Source: Rhodospirillales bacterium (GTDB lineage: Bacteria; Pseudomonadota; Gammaproteobacteria; Steroidobacterales; JAHEKG01). From it: 60,261 nt of DNA. Shown in pieces: positions 1 through 9,669 of the stretch (position 1 is its first letter; each line of letters starts with the position of its first letter). The stretch spans positions 1 to 60,261 of the forward strand of contig JAHEKG010000002.1 of assembly GCA_024638475.1 (NCBI GenBank), read 5' to 3'. A program made the position numbers and the translations under genes. A model generated the notes under the pieces. It had not been told where the DNA came from. It did not search any database and was given only the letters and a program-made list of their open reading frames with translations.

Positions 1-960
1 TTACGGCAGGCCGGCACCCGCTATCAACCTAATAGTGAGACCCAACGCCAGTGTCGCGAGTGGTTACGCGCAGCGGGGCATTCGCTGCTCGTGGCGGGTG
101 ACCCAACTTATCCTGCTCGCTTGAGCGAATTGTCGACACCGCCCGCGGGGTTATTTTGTATCGGCAATGTGGCCCATTTGAGTGAACCTCAACTCGCCAT
201 CGTGGGTAGCCGTAATGCCACCCGCGGCGGAATCGAGAACGCCAAGGCCTTCGCCGAGGCGCTCGCCGGGGCCGGGTTAGTGATCACGAGCGGCTTGGCC
301 GTTGGCATCGACGCCGCGGCCCACCGCGGCGCACTTCGGGCCGGTCCAAGCATCGCCGTGATGGGCAGTGGGCTGGAGCGAATCTACCCGCATAACCATA
401 AGGCGCTCGCCGTCGAGATCAGCCAGCGCGGCGTCCTGGTATCCGAATACCCTCCGCAAACTGCCGCGGCAAAACATCATTTCCCGGAACGTAATCGCAT
501 CATTGCCGGGCTTTCCCTAGGCACCCTGGTGATCGAGGCGGCTGCCCGCAGTGGCGCCCTAATTACCGCCCGCTTGGCCGGAGAGGTGGGTCGAGAGGTC
601 TTCGCCGTACCCGGCTCGATTCACAACCCCCTCGCCCGCGGTTGTCACCGCCTCCTGCGGGACGGCGCCACGCTGGTGGAGGGGGTCGATGACGTACTCA
701 TCCAGCTCGAGCCGGCCCTGTCACCCTACCTCGCCGACGAGCCCTTGGTGCCCGCCGGGCAGCGCGGTCATGGCACCCTGCTCGAACGGCCGGCGTACCG
801 CGAATTGGCCAGCGCATTGAGTTTCGACCCGGTTGGCGTCGACGAGTTGGCCCGGAGAACCGGATTGACGAGCGCAGAGCTTTCCTCCATGCTCCTGATC
901 CTGGAGCTAGAGGGGTTAGTCGAGGCGTTGCCCGGCGGCCGGTATTCGCTATTAAGTTAA
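1..960 (+). CDS. dprA: DNA-processing protein DprA/Smf (5' end lies upstream of the window)
   Basis: Frame 1 is open from nt 1 with no stop before the listed start at 91, so the gene enters from upstream. Motifs GSRNAT, GLAVGIDAAAH, FPERNRIIAGLS and VIEAAARSGALITA match the DprA Rossmann-like core. The dprA-smg-topA order is typical of Gammaproteobacteria. Confidence 0.9.
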   Translation, partial: LRQAGTRYQPNSETQRQCREWLRAAGHSLLVAGDPTYPARLSELSTPPAGLFCIGNVAHLSEPQLAIVGSRNATRGGIENAKAFAEALAGAGLVITSGLAVGIDAAAHRGALRAGPSIAVMGSGLERIYPHNHKALAVEISQRGVLVSEYPPQTAAAKHHFPERNRIIAGLSLGTLVIEAAARSGALITARLAGEVGREVFAVPGSIHNPLARGCHRLLRDGATLVEGVDDVLIQLEPALSPYLADEPLVPAGQRGHGTLLERPAYRELASALSFDPVGVDELARRTGLTSAELSSMLLILELEGLVEALPGGRYSLLS

Positions 961-968
961 GAGGGGTC

Positions 969-1448
969 ATGAAGGAAAACGTACTCGACGTCCTCATGTA
1001 TCTTTTCGAAACTTTTGTGGATGCAGGCGAAGAAGAGGACGAACCGGACCGGAACGAGCTCAAGCTGGAGCTGGAACGAGCGGGTTTCAGGGATCGGGAG
1101 ATCGATCGCGCGCTCGACTGGCTCGATGGCCTCAATGCCGCGGAAATCCCGCACGAGGACAATCAGGATCGCTCCACCTCCCTGCGGATTTACGACCCCT
1201 TCGAACAATTGCGGCTCAATGGGGGCTGCCGGGGCTACCTGCTCTATCTCGAACAAGCTGGTATTCTCTCGCCGATTCAACGGGAACTGGTCATCGATCG
1301 CCTGCTGGCACTTGATACAGATGATATTGATACAGAGCAGATCAAATGGGTCGTGATGATGGTGCTGTTCAGTCAACCGGGACAGGAGCAATCCTATGCC
1401 CGCATGGAAGACCTGGTTTTCGCCGAGAACCCGGGCTGGGTTCACTAA
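969..1448 (+). CDS. smg: Smg protein (DUF494)
   Basis: 159-aa acidic protein starting MKENVLDVLMYLFETF, as in the Smg family. It sits in the conserved position between dprA and topA. Confidence 0.85.
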   Translation: MKENVLDVLMYLFETFVDAGEEEDEPDRNELKLELERAGFRDREIDRALDWLDGLNAAEIPHEDNQDRSTSLRIYDPFEQLRLNGGCRGYLLYLEQAGILSPIQRELVIDRLLALDTDDIDTEQIKWVVMMVLFSQPGQEQSYARMEDLVFAENPGWVH

Positions 1449-1499
1449 CTTTTTTCTCCCTCGCTTGACCGCCCGGTCTACACGCGCCGGATCGCATTC

Positions 1500-3989
1500 A
1501 TGAGCAAGCATATCGTCGTCGTCGAGTCGCCCGCCAAGGCCAAGACTATCGAGAAGTACCTGGGTAAGGATTTCCAGGTACTTGCTTCCTATGGCCATGT
1601 GCGCGATCTGGTCCCCAAGGAAGGGGCGGTTGATACCGAAAACGACTTTGCGATGAAGTATCGCCTTATCGAGCGCAACGAAAAGCACCTGGAAAAAATT
1701 GCCAAGGCGATGAAAAAGGCCGAATCGCTTTATTTGGCCACTGATCCGGACCGCGAGGGTGAAGCGATCTCGTGGCATGTCTTCGAAGTACTCCAAGAGC
1801 GCGGCCTGCTCGAGAACAAACATGTTGCACGCGTCGCCTTCTATGAGATCACCAAAAGAGCCATTCAAGACGCGATCAATAACCCCCGCGAACTGTCCGG
1901 TGAGCTGATCAACGCTCAACAAGCGCGGCGAGCACTCGACTATCTGGTTGGCTTTAACCTGTCGCCGCTACTTTGGAAAAAGGTCCGGCGTGGGTTGTCC
2001 GCCGGTCGCGTGCAAAGCCCGGCCTTGCGGTTGATCGTCGAGCGGGAGTTGGAAATCGAGGCGTTCAAACCTCGCGAGTACTGGACCATCGAGGCACAAG
2101 TCCAAAAACAGGCCGACGAATTTACCGCCCGCCTGTCCAAGTTCGGCGGCGAGAAGGTCGAACAGTTCTCCTTTCAAAACGAAACCCAAGCCAGCGCCGC
2201 CGAAAAGGCCATCAAGGAAAAGGCTGCCGGCGAACTGTTTGTAGCCAAGATCGAAAAGAAACAACGCCGGCGCAACCCGTCGCCGCCGTTTACGACCTCT
2301 ACCTTGCAGCAGGAAGCCTCGCGCAAGCTCGGCTTCGGCGCCCAAAAAACCATGATGACGGCGCAGAAACTGTATGAAGGTATTGATATCGGTGAGGGCA
2401 CCACAGGCCTAATCACGTACATGCGTACCGACTCGGTGGCGATCGCCAATGAGGCCATTGAGGAAATCCGCGCAACGATCAAACAGCGCTATGGCGCCGA
2501 CAAGGTGCCGGACGCGGTGCGGACCTTCAAAACCAAGGCCAAGAACGCCCAAGAAGCACACGAGGCGATCCGGCCAACTTCGGCGGCGTTAACGCCCGCC
2601 GATTTGAAAGGCCATTTGGAAAGGGATCAACTTCGACTCTACGATCTTATTTGGAAAAGAACGTTGGCCTGTCAGATGACTCACGCCCTGTTTAACACGG
2701 TCGGCTTGGATCTGGCCGCCGGGCGCGACGCAGCCAGCGACATCGCTTTCCGGGCCACCGGATCCGTACTCGTTGAGCCCGGATTCATGAGTGTTTATCA
2801 GGAGGGCAGCGACGACAAAAGCGGCTCCGACGATCAAGATCGAATCCTGCCTGACGTCCAAGAGGGCGAGATTCTCAAGCTCAGGGACCTGGCTACCGAG
2901 CAACACTTTACCGAGCCACCACCACGCTACAGCGAGGCATCGTTGGTAAAAGTATTGGAAGAGTTCGGTATTGGCCGACCGTCTACCTATGCTTCGATTA
3001 TTTCCACGCTGCGAAATCGTGAGTACGTAGAACTCGAAAACCGCCGCTTCACGCCGACGGATATCGGTCGCATCGTGAATCGCTTTCTTACCGAGCATTT
3101 CGCTCAGTACGTCGACTACGAATTTACCGCGCGGATGGAAGATGATCTTGACGCGGTGTCCCGCGGCGATCGCGACTGGGTGCCGTTGATGCGAGAATTT
3201 TGGGAACCCTTCAAAGAACAGGTCGCTGAAAAAGAGGCGCTTACCCGCGAAGAGGTTGCCCAAGCCCGGCTGCTGGGTACGGACCCCAAATCCGGACGTC
3301 CCATGACCGTGCGCATGGGGCGCTACGGACCATTCGTTCAGATCGGCACCAAGGACGATGAAGACAAACCCAAGTTTGCCGGCCTGCGCCCGGGGCAAAA
3401 GATGGATGCCGTCACCATGGAAGATGCGTTGGAGCTGTTCAAGCTGCCGCGCAAGCTCGGTGAAACTCCGGAAGGAGAGCCGGTATCGGCGAATATCGGC
3501 CGCTTCGGTCCATATATCCGTTACGGCGACAAGTTCGTTTCCACCGGCGGCGAAGAACCGCTGACGATTACCCTCGAGCAAGCATTGGTACTGATCGCCG
3601 AGAAAAAGATCGCGGATGCCAATCGCGTGATTAACAACTTCGAGGAACAAGGCATTCAAGTATTGAATGGCCGCTACGGTCCCTATGTGACCGACGGCAC
3701 AAAGAACGCCCGCATCCCCAAGGACACCGATCCGAAAAGCCTGACGCTCGAGGACTGCGTCAAGATGATCGAGGCGGCCCCCGCGCGCGGGCGTCGCGGT
3801 AAGAAAAAGGCTAAGACCGCTAAGAAAACCGATGCGCCGACGTTAAAGCAAGCAGCAGCCGCAAAGAAATCCAAGACTAAGCGCAAAACTAAGACCAAAA
3901 CCAAAAAGAAAACTAAAAAGAAAACCAAAAAGGCGACCGCCAAGAAAAAGACCGCAAAAAAGGCGCCGAGCAAACAAGCGGAGCAATGA
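1500..3989 (+). CDS. topA: DNA topoisomerase I (type IA) with Cys-free C-terminal repeats and a lysine-rich tail
   Basis: 829 aa. It has the Toprim start MSKHIVVVESPAKAKTIEKYLG, the DPDREGE motif and the active-site Tyr region GLITYMRTDS. Three GR(Y/F)GP(F/Y) repeats follow, then a roughly 69-aa K/T/A-rich tail. Confidence 0.95.
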   Translation: MSKHIVVVESPAKAKTIEKYLGKDFQVLASYGHVRDLVPKEGAVDTENDFAMKYRLIERNEKHLEKIAKAMKKAESLYLATDPDREGEAISWHVFEVLQERGLLENKHVARVAFYEITKRAIQDAINNPRELSGELINAQQARRALDYLVGFNLSPLLWKKVRRGLSAGRVQSPALRLIVERELEIEAFKPREYWTIEAQVQKQADEFTARLSKFGGEKVEQFSFQNETQASAAEKAIKEKAAGELFVAKIEKKQRRRNPSPPFTTSTLQQEASRKLGFGAQKTMMTAQKLYEGIDIGEGTTGLITYMRTDSVAIANEAIEEIRATIKQRYGADKVPDAVRTFKTKAKNAQEAHEAIRPTSAALTPADLKGHLERDQLRLYDLIWKRTLACQMTHALFNTVGLDLAAGRDAASDIAFRATGSVLVEPGFMSVYQEGSDDKSGSDDQDRILPDVQEGEILKLRDLATEQHFTEPPPRYSEASLVKVLEEFGIGRPSTYASIISTLRNREYVELENRRFTPTDIGRIVNRFLTEHFAQYVDYEFTARMEDDLDAVSRGDRDWVPLMREFWEPFKEQVAEKEALTREEVAQARLLGTDPKSGRPMTVRMGRYGPFVQIGTKDDEDKPKFAGLRPGQKMDAVTMEDALELFKLPRKLGETPEGEPVSANIGRFGPYIRYGDKFVSTGGEEPLTITLEQALVLIAEKKIADANRVINNFEEQGIQVLNGRYGPYVTDGTKNARIPKDTDPKSLTLEDCVKMIEAAPARGRRGKKKAKTAKKTDAPTLKQAAAAKKSKTKRKTKTKTKKKTKKKTKKATAKKKTAKKAPSKQAEQ

Positions 3990-4546
3990 TCGGTCCTTGG
4001 CGGGTCAACGCGGCGGCTCGGCGAATCGGTGCCGGCGGCGTCATCGCCTATCCCACGGAATCCGTCTATGGCCTCGGCTGCGCGCCGGCAGACCCGATCG
4101 CCGTCGCGCGCCTACTCGGCATCAAGGGCCGGCAGCCCCGCAAGGGCCTGATTCTCATTGCCCACGAATTCACAAGCTTGAGCGCCTGGGTGAGTTTGCC
4201 CGATAGTCCGTACCGCGACGACATCGCCGCCAGTTGGCCCGGCCCGACCACCTGGGTGCTGCCGGCCCGGCCCGGTGTACCCCAATGGATTAGCGGCGGC
4301 CGCGATAGCGTCGCCGTCCGGGTCACGGCCCATCCCCTTGCCGCCGCACTCTGTCGGACCGTCGGAGAACCGATTGTGTCGACCAGCGCGAACCGGAGCG
4401 GCCAAGCCCCGCTGCAAACCGCCCTAGCGGTGCGGCGCCAGCTCGGGTCAGCTGTGGATTACGTCCTGGGCGGGCAGGTCGAACAGCGTGGCAAACCCAC
4501 GGCTATCCGCGACGGCGTGACGGGCCATTGGATACGTCGATCATGA
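3986..4546 (+). CDS. tsaC: L-threonylcarbamoyladenylate synthase (YrdC/Sua5 family, short TsaC type)
   Basis: 186 aa with motifs IAYPTESVYGLGC and VSTSANRSG. Its ATG overlaps the topA stop (ATGA). Confidence 0.85.
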   Translation: MIGPWRVNAAARRIGAGGVIAYPTESVYGLGCAPADPIAVARLLGIKGRQPRKGLILIAHEFTSLSAWVSLPDSPYRDDIAASWPGPTTWVLPARPGVPQWISGGRDSVAVRVTAHPLAAALCRTVGEPIVSTSANRSGQAPLQTALAVRRQLGSAVDYVLGGQVEQRGKPTAIRDGVTGHWIRRS

Positions 4547-5097
4547 AACCGTCGCGTCCAATCCTGTCCGATCGCCAGCGCCGCTGGCGGGCACCGTTGG
4601 TCACCGCGGTGCTTTATCTCATCATGTTCGAATCCGTGTCCGGCTTTCTGCTGTTCTTTTTCGGTCCGTTCTTGGCGACCACGGAGGGGCTGGGCGAACT
4701 CCACTGGTGGGTCGGGGCCCTGTTCTTGCTGCCCTACGGGGTATATCAACTACGCCACTACCAGCGGGTCACGGTCCACTCAGGGAAGTTTCATTTCAAT
4801 CTGGGTCTGTCCAGTTTTGCATGTATGTGCGTCGTGATCATCAGCGGCGTATTGATGTGGCTGGCCGGGTCCCGCGAGACGCTTTACTACGTGGTGGTGG
4901 ATCTCGTCCATATCGTGATCGGCTTCGCGCTGCTGATCATGCTGTCCAGTCATTTGGTGCTGGTATTTCGCGTCGGTAAACTCGAGGAAAGTGAAATCGG
5001 CGCGCCGGCCGCGCGGCGGCGCACCATGGCGCGCGTGCTTTGGATCCCGTTGGCGGTATCTACGCTGGCACTCGGCGGCTGGTGGCTATCCCGCTAG
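4528..5097 (+). CDS. hypothetical polytopic membrane protein
   Basis: 189 aa with 4-5 hydrophobic helices (e.g. LVTAVLYLIMFESVSGFLLFFFGPFL). It overlaps the tsaC 3' end by 19 nt; an alternative ATG lies at 4543. I recognise no family with confidence. Confidence 0.5.
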   Translation: MDTSIMKPSRPILSDRQRRWRAPLVTAVLYLIMFESVSGFLLFFFGPFLATTEGLGELHWWVGALFLLPYGVYQLRHYQRVTVHSGKFHFNLGLSSFACMCVVIISGVLMWLAGSRETLYYVVVDLVHIVIGFALLIMLSSHLVLVFRVGKLEESEIGAPAARRRTMARVLWIPLAVSTLALGGWWLSR

Positions 5098-5510
5098 ACC
5101 ATGTAACGAATGACGTAGAGTGCTTCGCCGGTCGTGACGCTGACTCCCCAAAAGAATAAGAACACATAAGTCAGCGTAGGGTGGTCGCGAAAATAAAATG
5201 CGCCGCGCCGCCACGCCTGATAGGCCTGGAAGACGAATACCACGAGGGCAATGAAGACGATCAGGGAGAGCAGCCCATGGCCAGCGGCGAACAGCGCCAT
5301 GGGGCCGGTGGCTTCGCCGCTGGCAACCTCTGCCCGCAACCGCGAAATCATGTACAGCATATTGACGGAGAACTCGAACACGACGACCACCGCCGCTAAA
5401 CGCCAGGCGAAACCCTTGCCCTGGAAATTGTTGAGCACGACATAGAATACTGCGGCGGTGACAAAGATCTCGGCAATGGCCGAAAAGGTACTAAATAGCG
5501 GTGCTTCCAT
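5094..5510 (-). CDS. hypothetical 4-TM membrane protein
   Basis: The ORF track gives 5094..5594. I prefer the ATG at 5510 (MEAPLFSTFSAIAEIF...) because the hydrophobic core begins there. It converges on the previous gene with a 4-nt CTAG stop overlap. Confidence 0.5.
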   Translation of the reverse strand: MEAPLFSTFSAIAEIFVTAAVFYVVLNNFQGKGFAWRLAAVVVVFEFSVNMLYMISRLRAEVASGEATGPMALFAAGHGLLSLIVFIALVVFVFQAYQAWRRGAFYFRDHPTLTYVFLFFWGVSVTTGEALYVIRYMV

Positions 5511-5673
5511 CTCGGCGCTCCCGGCAATCCAGGGCCGGGACGGTACCAAATCCAAACACTCCGCGCCAATGACCAGTTCCAATCTGGGCCTCACCGCTTG
5601 GCTTGTGGTAACTTGGCAAGAAACACTTGGAAGTTAACGTCTAATAACAGGATTTCCCCGCTCGAAACCCTCG

Positions 5674-8600
5674 ATGAATCGCCAAACAGCAAAGCATTTC
5701 CGGGGGCTAGGACGCCTCGCGGTGCTCCTGGCCGGCCTGGCTACCGGGGTCGCCTCCGCCGAGGGGCCTGCCCTGGCGGTGGCGGATGGGTCGCTGCGCC
5801 TCGGTCAACCGGTGCGGCCCGTCAAGAACCAGGCCAAGGTCTATCTCGTGCAGCTCAAGGAACCTCCGGTGGCGGCCTACAGCGGCGGCGTGCCGGGCAT
5901 GCAGGCCACCAAACCCGCGCTCGGCCAGCGCCTCAAAGTCGGCGCACCCGCCGTGCGCAACTACGCGGACTACCTGGAGCAGGCGCAAACGAAGTTGTTG
6001 ATGAATGTGGACGCCGTGCAGGCGCAGATTCACTCCTACCGATACGCATTAAACGGCTTCGCCGCCTGGCTCACGCCCGCTCAGGTGTCGCGCCTGTACG
6101 CCAGCGGCGAAGTATTAAGAGTCTGGGAAGACAAGGAGCGCAGGACCGGGACTAATAACAGCCCCAGTTTCTTGGGAATACTCGACCTCGCCGATGGTCT
6201 TCGCGCCAATCGAAACCTGCGCGGCGAAGATGTCATCATCGGTATCATCGATAGCGGTATTGCCCTGGATCACCCCGCCCTGAAGGACAGCGTGGACAGG
6301 ATCCCCCGTTTGTGCCGCAGTAGCTGGGCCGAAAACTCGCTGCTCGGCCGCTGGCTATGCCGCCGTGTCCGCAAGAACCCGCCCCAGGAAGTCGTCTACG
6401 ACCCGCTCGATCGCTTCAACGGAACCTGCGAGGGCGGCCCCGGTTTTCCCGCTTCCAGTTGCAACAACAAGTTGCTGGGAGCGCGCTACTACGGCGATGC
6501 TTTCTTGGCCCGGCACCCAATGGACCCTGGCGAATTCTTGTCGCCACTAGATGTCGATGGCCACGGGACCCATATCGCCACCATCGCCGCGGGCAATTTC
6601 GTGGACGCAAATTTGTTCGGCACGCGCATCGCCAGCATCAGCGGCATTGCGCCGCGGGCGCGCGTCGCCGTGTACAAGGCTTGTTGGCTAAAACCCGGCG
6701 ATACCCGCGGAACTTGTACGACGGCCGATTTAGCCCGCGCCATCGATGCGGCCGTGGCCGACGGCGTTGACATCATTAATTATTCCGTGGGCAGCGGCAC
6801 CGAGTTCGAACTCACGGCGGCCGACGACATCGCGTTGTTGAACGCCCTGCAGGCCGGTGTGCTGAGCGTAGTTGCAGCCGGCAACGACGGTCCGAATCTA
6901 GCCACGGTGGCCTCACCGGCCAGCGCGCCCTGGGTACTCACGGTAGCCGCCTCCACCCAGAGCGGGCAGCGGTTCGAGCAGGCCATTCGTATCAACGAAC
7001 CCACCCGCTTGGCAGGACTGTATTCCGCCCGGGAAGCGGCTTTCACGCCGCCGCTGGCGACGCGCAGCGCCATCGATGCGGAATTGATACTCGCGGACGA
7101 CGGTACCGACATGCTGGCGGACGGCAGCAGCGGCAGTATTCACGACGCTTGCGAGAATTTGGTCAACGCCGGTGATTTGCGCGATCGAGTTGCCCTGATC
7201 GTGCGCGGTGGCTGCGCGTTTCAAGACAAGATTGCGGCCGCCGAAGCGGCGGGCGCTTTGGCCGTGTTGGTCTACAACAATGCGGGCGAGCCGATCCAGA
7301 TGACCGGTGATCCCGATAGCGTCAATATCCCCGCGCTGATGATTAGTAATATCGATGGGCTTCGCCTCGGCGACGAACTGGAGGCCGGCGAGCCGGTCAA
7401 GGTCGAACTCGACAAAGGATTATTCGTCGGTCGCAGCGACACGGGTAACATCATTGCCGACTTTTCCTCACGTGGCCCAAATCTGGCCGCCATTGACGTG
7501 ATGAAACCGGATGTGACCGCACCCGGCGTCAGCATCCTCGCCGGCCATACCCCGGAGGTGGCCAACGGCGTTAAGGGTGAGCTGTTCCAGTATCTTTCGG
7601 GAACATCCATGTCGACCCCGCACGCGGCGGGGGTTGCCGCCCTAATCAAGGAAGCGCATCCGGGTTGGGATCCGGGCCGGATCAAGTCGGCGTTAATGAC
7701 AACCGCCTACGTCGGCTTGAACCGGGAAGACGGGGGTGTCGCCGATCCGCTGGACATGGGCTCCGGCCACATCGACGCGAATCGGGCCATCGACCCGGGC
7801 CTGGTGTATGACAGCGGGTACCCGGAACATGGGGCCGTCGTCTGTGCACTGGAAGGCAACCCCTTTAGCGATCAGGAATGCGGCAATCTGGCGCTCGCCG
7901 GTTTATCCAGTCATGCCCGCGACCTCAACCAGCCGGGAATCACCTTGGGGCAGATGATCAGCGGCGATACCGTCTCGCGGCGGGTGACCCACCTGGGCGA
8001 GCCGACGAGCTACTCGGCGACGATTGTCGCGCCGCCCGGCGTCGCTGTGAGCGTTAATCCGCCGAGCGTGAGTCTCGGCAATGAACAAACTGCGCAGTAC
8101 AGTTTAAGTTTCGACCTACAGGGCGGCATCCTCGATCAATGGGCCTTCGGCCAGATCGTTTGGTCCAATGGGGTTCAGGATGTGACCAGCCCGCTGGCGG
8201 TTCGGCCGGTTGCCATTCGCGTTCCTGCCAGCGTCTTCGGGCGCGGCGCCTCCGGCAACCTTACGTTCCCCGTGGATTTCGGCTACACGGGAAGTTACTT
8301 CGCCAACGTCCATGGACTCCGCGCGCCGCTGCGCATCAGCGGCTTCGTCGAAGATGACCCGAGCAATAGCTTTAGCTTCCGGTTCGACGGCGGCGTGACG
8401 GCACACCTGATCACCATACCGCCGGACCAAGCCTTCGCCCGGTTTGCCTTGTTCGATGCGCTGACCGACGGCAACGATGATCTCGACCTTTATTTATTCT
8501 TTTGCCAAAACAACCTGTGTTCACAAATTGCCCAAAGCGGCGCGTTTACGTCCGAAGAAGAGATCAACTTGGCGTTTCCAACCGCTGGTGCCTATGCGGC

Positions 8601-8862
8601 CCTCGTGCACGGGTTTGAAACGGACCAGCTGACGGGCGGAGCCGGCGCTAATTACGAGTTATTGGCCTGGTCTTTCGGCGTCACGGACAATGTCGGCAAC
8701 ATGACCATCGTTGCCCCTAGTGCCGCAGCCGTTGGCGCCACCGGCGACATCCAAGTCGACTGGGCGGGCCTAGACCCGGCCACGCGTTATCTGGGGGGTA
8801 TCTCCCATAGTTCTTCGGTGGGTTTGGAAGCGCTAACGATCGTGACGGTGGACACGCCGTAA
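5674..8862 (+). CDS. secreted subtilisin-like serine protease (peptidase S8) with I9-like propeptide, PA-domain insertion and C-terminal beta-rich domains
   Basis: 1062 aa with a signal-like N-terminus LAVLLAGLATGVASA. The catalytic triad contexts are IGIIDSGI (Asp), DGHGTHIA (His) and SGTSMSTPHAAGVAAL (Ser). There is a long insertion between His and Ser. Confidence 0.9.
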   Translation: MNRQTAKHFRGLGRLAVLLAGLATGVASAEGPALAVADGSLRLGQPVRPVKNQAKVYLVQLKEPPVAAYSGGVPGMQATKPALGQRLKVGAPAVRNYADYLEQAQTKLLMNVDAVQAQIHSYRYALNGFAAWLTPAQVSRLYASGEVLRVWEDKERRTGTNNSPSFLGILDLADGLRANRNLRGEDVIIGIIDSGIALDHPALKDSVDRIPRLCRSSWAENSLLGRWLCRRVRKNPPQEVVYDPLDRFNGTCEGGPGFPASSCNNKLLGARYYGDAFLARHPMDPGEFLSPLDVDGHGTHIATIAAGNFVDANLFGTRIASISGIAPRARVAVYKACWLKPGDTRGTCTTADLARAIDAAVADGVDIINYSVGSGTEFELTAADDIALLNALQAGVLSVVAAGNDGPNLATVASPASAPWVLTVAASTQSGQRFEQAIRINEPTRLAGLYSAREAAFTPPLATRSAIDAELILADDGTDMLADGSSGSIHDACENLVNAGDLRDRVALIVRGGCAFQDKIAAAEAAGALAVLVYNNAGEPIQMTGDPDSVNIPALMISNIDGLRLGDELEAGEPVKVELDKGLFVGRSDTGNIIADFSSRGPNLAAIDVMKPDVTAPGVSILAGHTPEVANGVKGELFQYLSGTSMSTPHAAGVAALIKEAHPGWDPGRIKSALMTTAYVGLNREDGGVADPLDMGSGHIDANRAIDPGLVYDSGYPEHGAVVCALEGNPFSDQECGNLALAGLSSHARDLNQPGITLGQMISGDTVSRRVTHLGEPTSYSATIVAPPGVAVSVNPPSVSLGNEQTAQYSLSFDLQGGILDQWAFGQIVWSNGVQDVTSPLAVRPVAIRVPASVFGRGASGNLTFPVDFGYTGSYFANVHGLRAPLRISGFVEDDPSNSFSFRFDGGVTAHLITIPPDQAFARFALFDALTDGNDDLDLYLFFCQNNLCSQIAQSGAFTSEEEINLAFPTAGAYAALVHGFETDQLTGGAGANYELLAWSFGVTDNVGNMTIVAPSAAAVGATGDIQVDWAGLDPATRYLGGISHSSSVGLEALTIVTVDTP

Positions 8863-8894
8863 CAATCCGTGAGCGATTTCCCCAAGCTTATCTT

Positions 8895-9494
8895 TCATGG
8901 CTTGCGGGCCGCGGCGGCGCAGGACCGATGACGAAAACAACCCAACAGATGGTCGTTGACCATGCCCGCCGCTTGCATGTGGGCATAAACGGTGGTGCTG
9001 CCGACGAATTTGAAGCCTCGTTGTTTCAAGTCGCGGGCCAGGGCATCGGACTCGGCGGAAGTCGCCGGCACCTGGTCTTGTCGGCGCCAGCGGTTTTGGC
9101 GCGGCTCGCCGCCTACGAAGCGCCAAATATAATTACAGAAACTGCCGAACTCTTCCTGTAGCTCGAGGAATCTGCGGGCGTTGTTAATGGCCGCCTCGAT
9201 CTTTAGGCGATTACGAACGATGCCGGCATCGTTGCACAAGCGCTCGACGGACCGCCGATTGAAACGTGCCACGCTAGTGGGGTCAAAGTTGCGGAATGCG
9301 CGACGATAGCCTTCACGCTTATGCAGCACGGTCGACCAGCTCAAACCCGCCTGTGCCGCCTCGAGAACGAGGAATTCGAACTGGCGCCGATCGTCGTAGA
9401 CGGGCACACCCCACTCACGGTCGTGATATTCGAGATAGGCCTCACTGACTCCTTCACTCCATGGACAGCGCGCAGTTGTCGGTGCCTTGGCCAT
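8895..9494 (-). CDS. tag: DNA-3-methyladenine glycosylase I
   Basis: The sequence CPWSEGVSEAYLEYHDREWGVPVYDDRRQFEFLVLEAAQAGLSWSTVL is typical of Tag. I place the start at the internal ATG (MAKAPTT, 9494) rather than the ORF-track start at 9590. Confidence 0.88.
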   Translation of the reverse strand: MAKAPTTARCPWSEGVSEAYLEYHDREWGVPVYDDRRQFEFLVLEAAQAGLSWSTVLHKREGYRRAFRNFDPTSVARFNRRSVERLCNDAGIVRNRLKIEAAINNARRFLELQEEFGSFCNYIWRFVGGEPRQNRWRRQDQVPATSAESDALARDLKQRGFKFVGSTTVYAHMQAAGMVNDHLLGCFRHRSCAAAARKP

Positions 9495-9621
9495 GCTTAC
9501 TTCGACGTTGCTTTGGTGAGATCGCCCATGGTGTAAAAATACCCGACCCATAGACGCGAAGGAATGGTTGTTTGTGCTTCGAGCCTGCAATTTTACCGGT
9601 GGGCGATTAATTGTCCGGTCG

Positions 9622-9652
9622 AAAAAAAAAGGGCCCCGTGGGGGGCCCTTTC
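9622..9652 (-). terminator. rho-independent terminator downstream of the Cys-repeat peptide gene
   Basis: Read on the minus strand: a GGGCCCC-CCAC-GGGGCCC hairpin followed by a run of nine T (plus strand A9 at 9622-9630). It lies 18 nt after the stop at 9670. Confidence 0.75.
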
Positions 9653-9669
9653 TTGCTACTCAGCGATGG

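Noticed and set aside
957-1922. Long antisense ORFs opposite well-recognised genes. Examples are 957..1922, 2589..3659, 12334..13359, 25226..25945, 25985..26752, 48810..49586 and 55566..56369.
   Set aside because: Each lies entirely opposite a gene with unmistakable conserved motifs (smg/topA, gor, VOC/hppD, atpA, S9 peptidase). Their translations are Arg/Gly/Pro-rich and low in complexity. Long spurious antisense frames are expected in high-GC DNA.
3840-3960. An A-rich, low-complexity stretch that could suggest an insertion or mobile-element remnant.
   Set aside because: It is in frame and continuous with topA, encodes the Lys-rich tail, and ends at the topA stop, which overlaps the tsaC start.
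5598-6155. A 185-aa Arg/Gly-rich ORF overlapping the start of the subtilase gene.
   Set aside because: It is an out-of-frame overlap with a gene that has a proper signal peptide and catalytic motifs, and its composition is typical of off-frame GC-rich translation.
9495-9590. A 32-codon upstream extension of tag (MQARSTNNHSFASMGRVFLHHGRSHQSNVEVS).
   Set aside because: Tag homologues begin close to the CPW motif, and the internal ATG (MAKAPTT) gives the normal length of about 199 aa.
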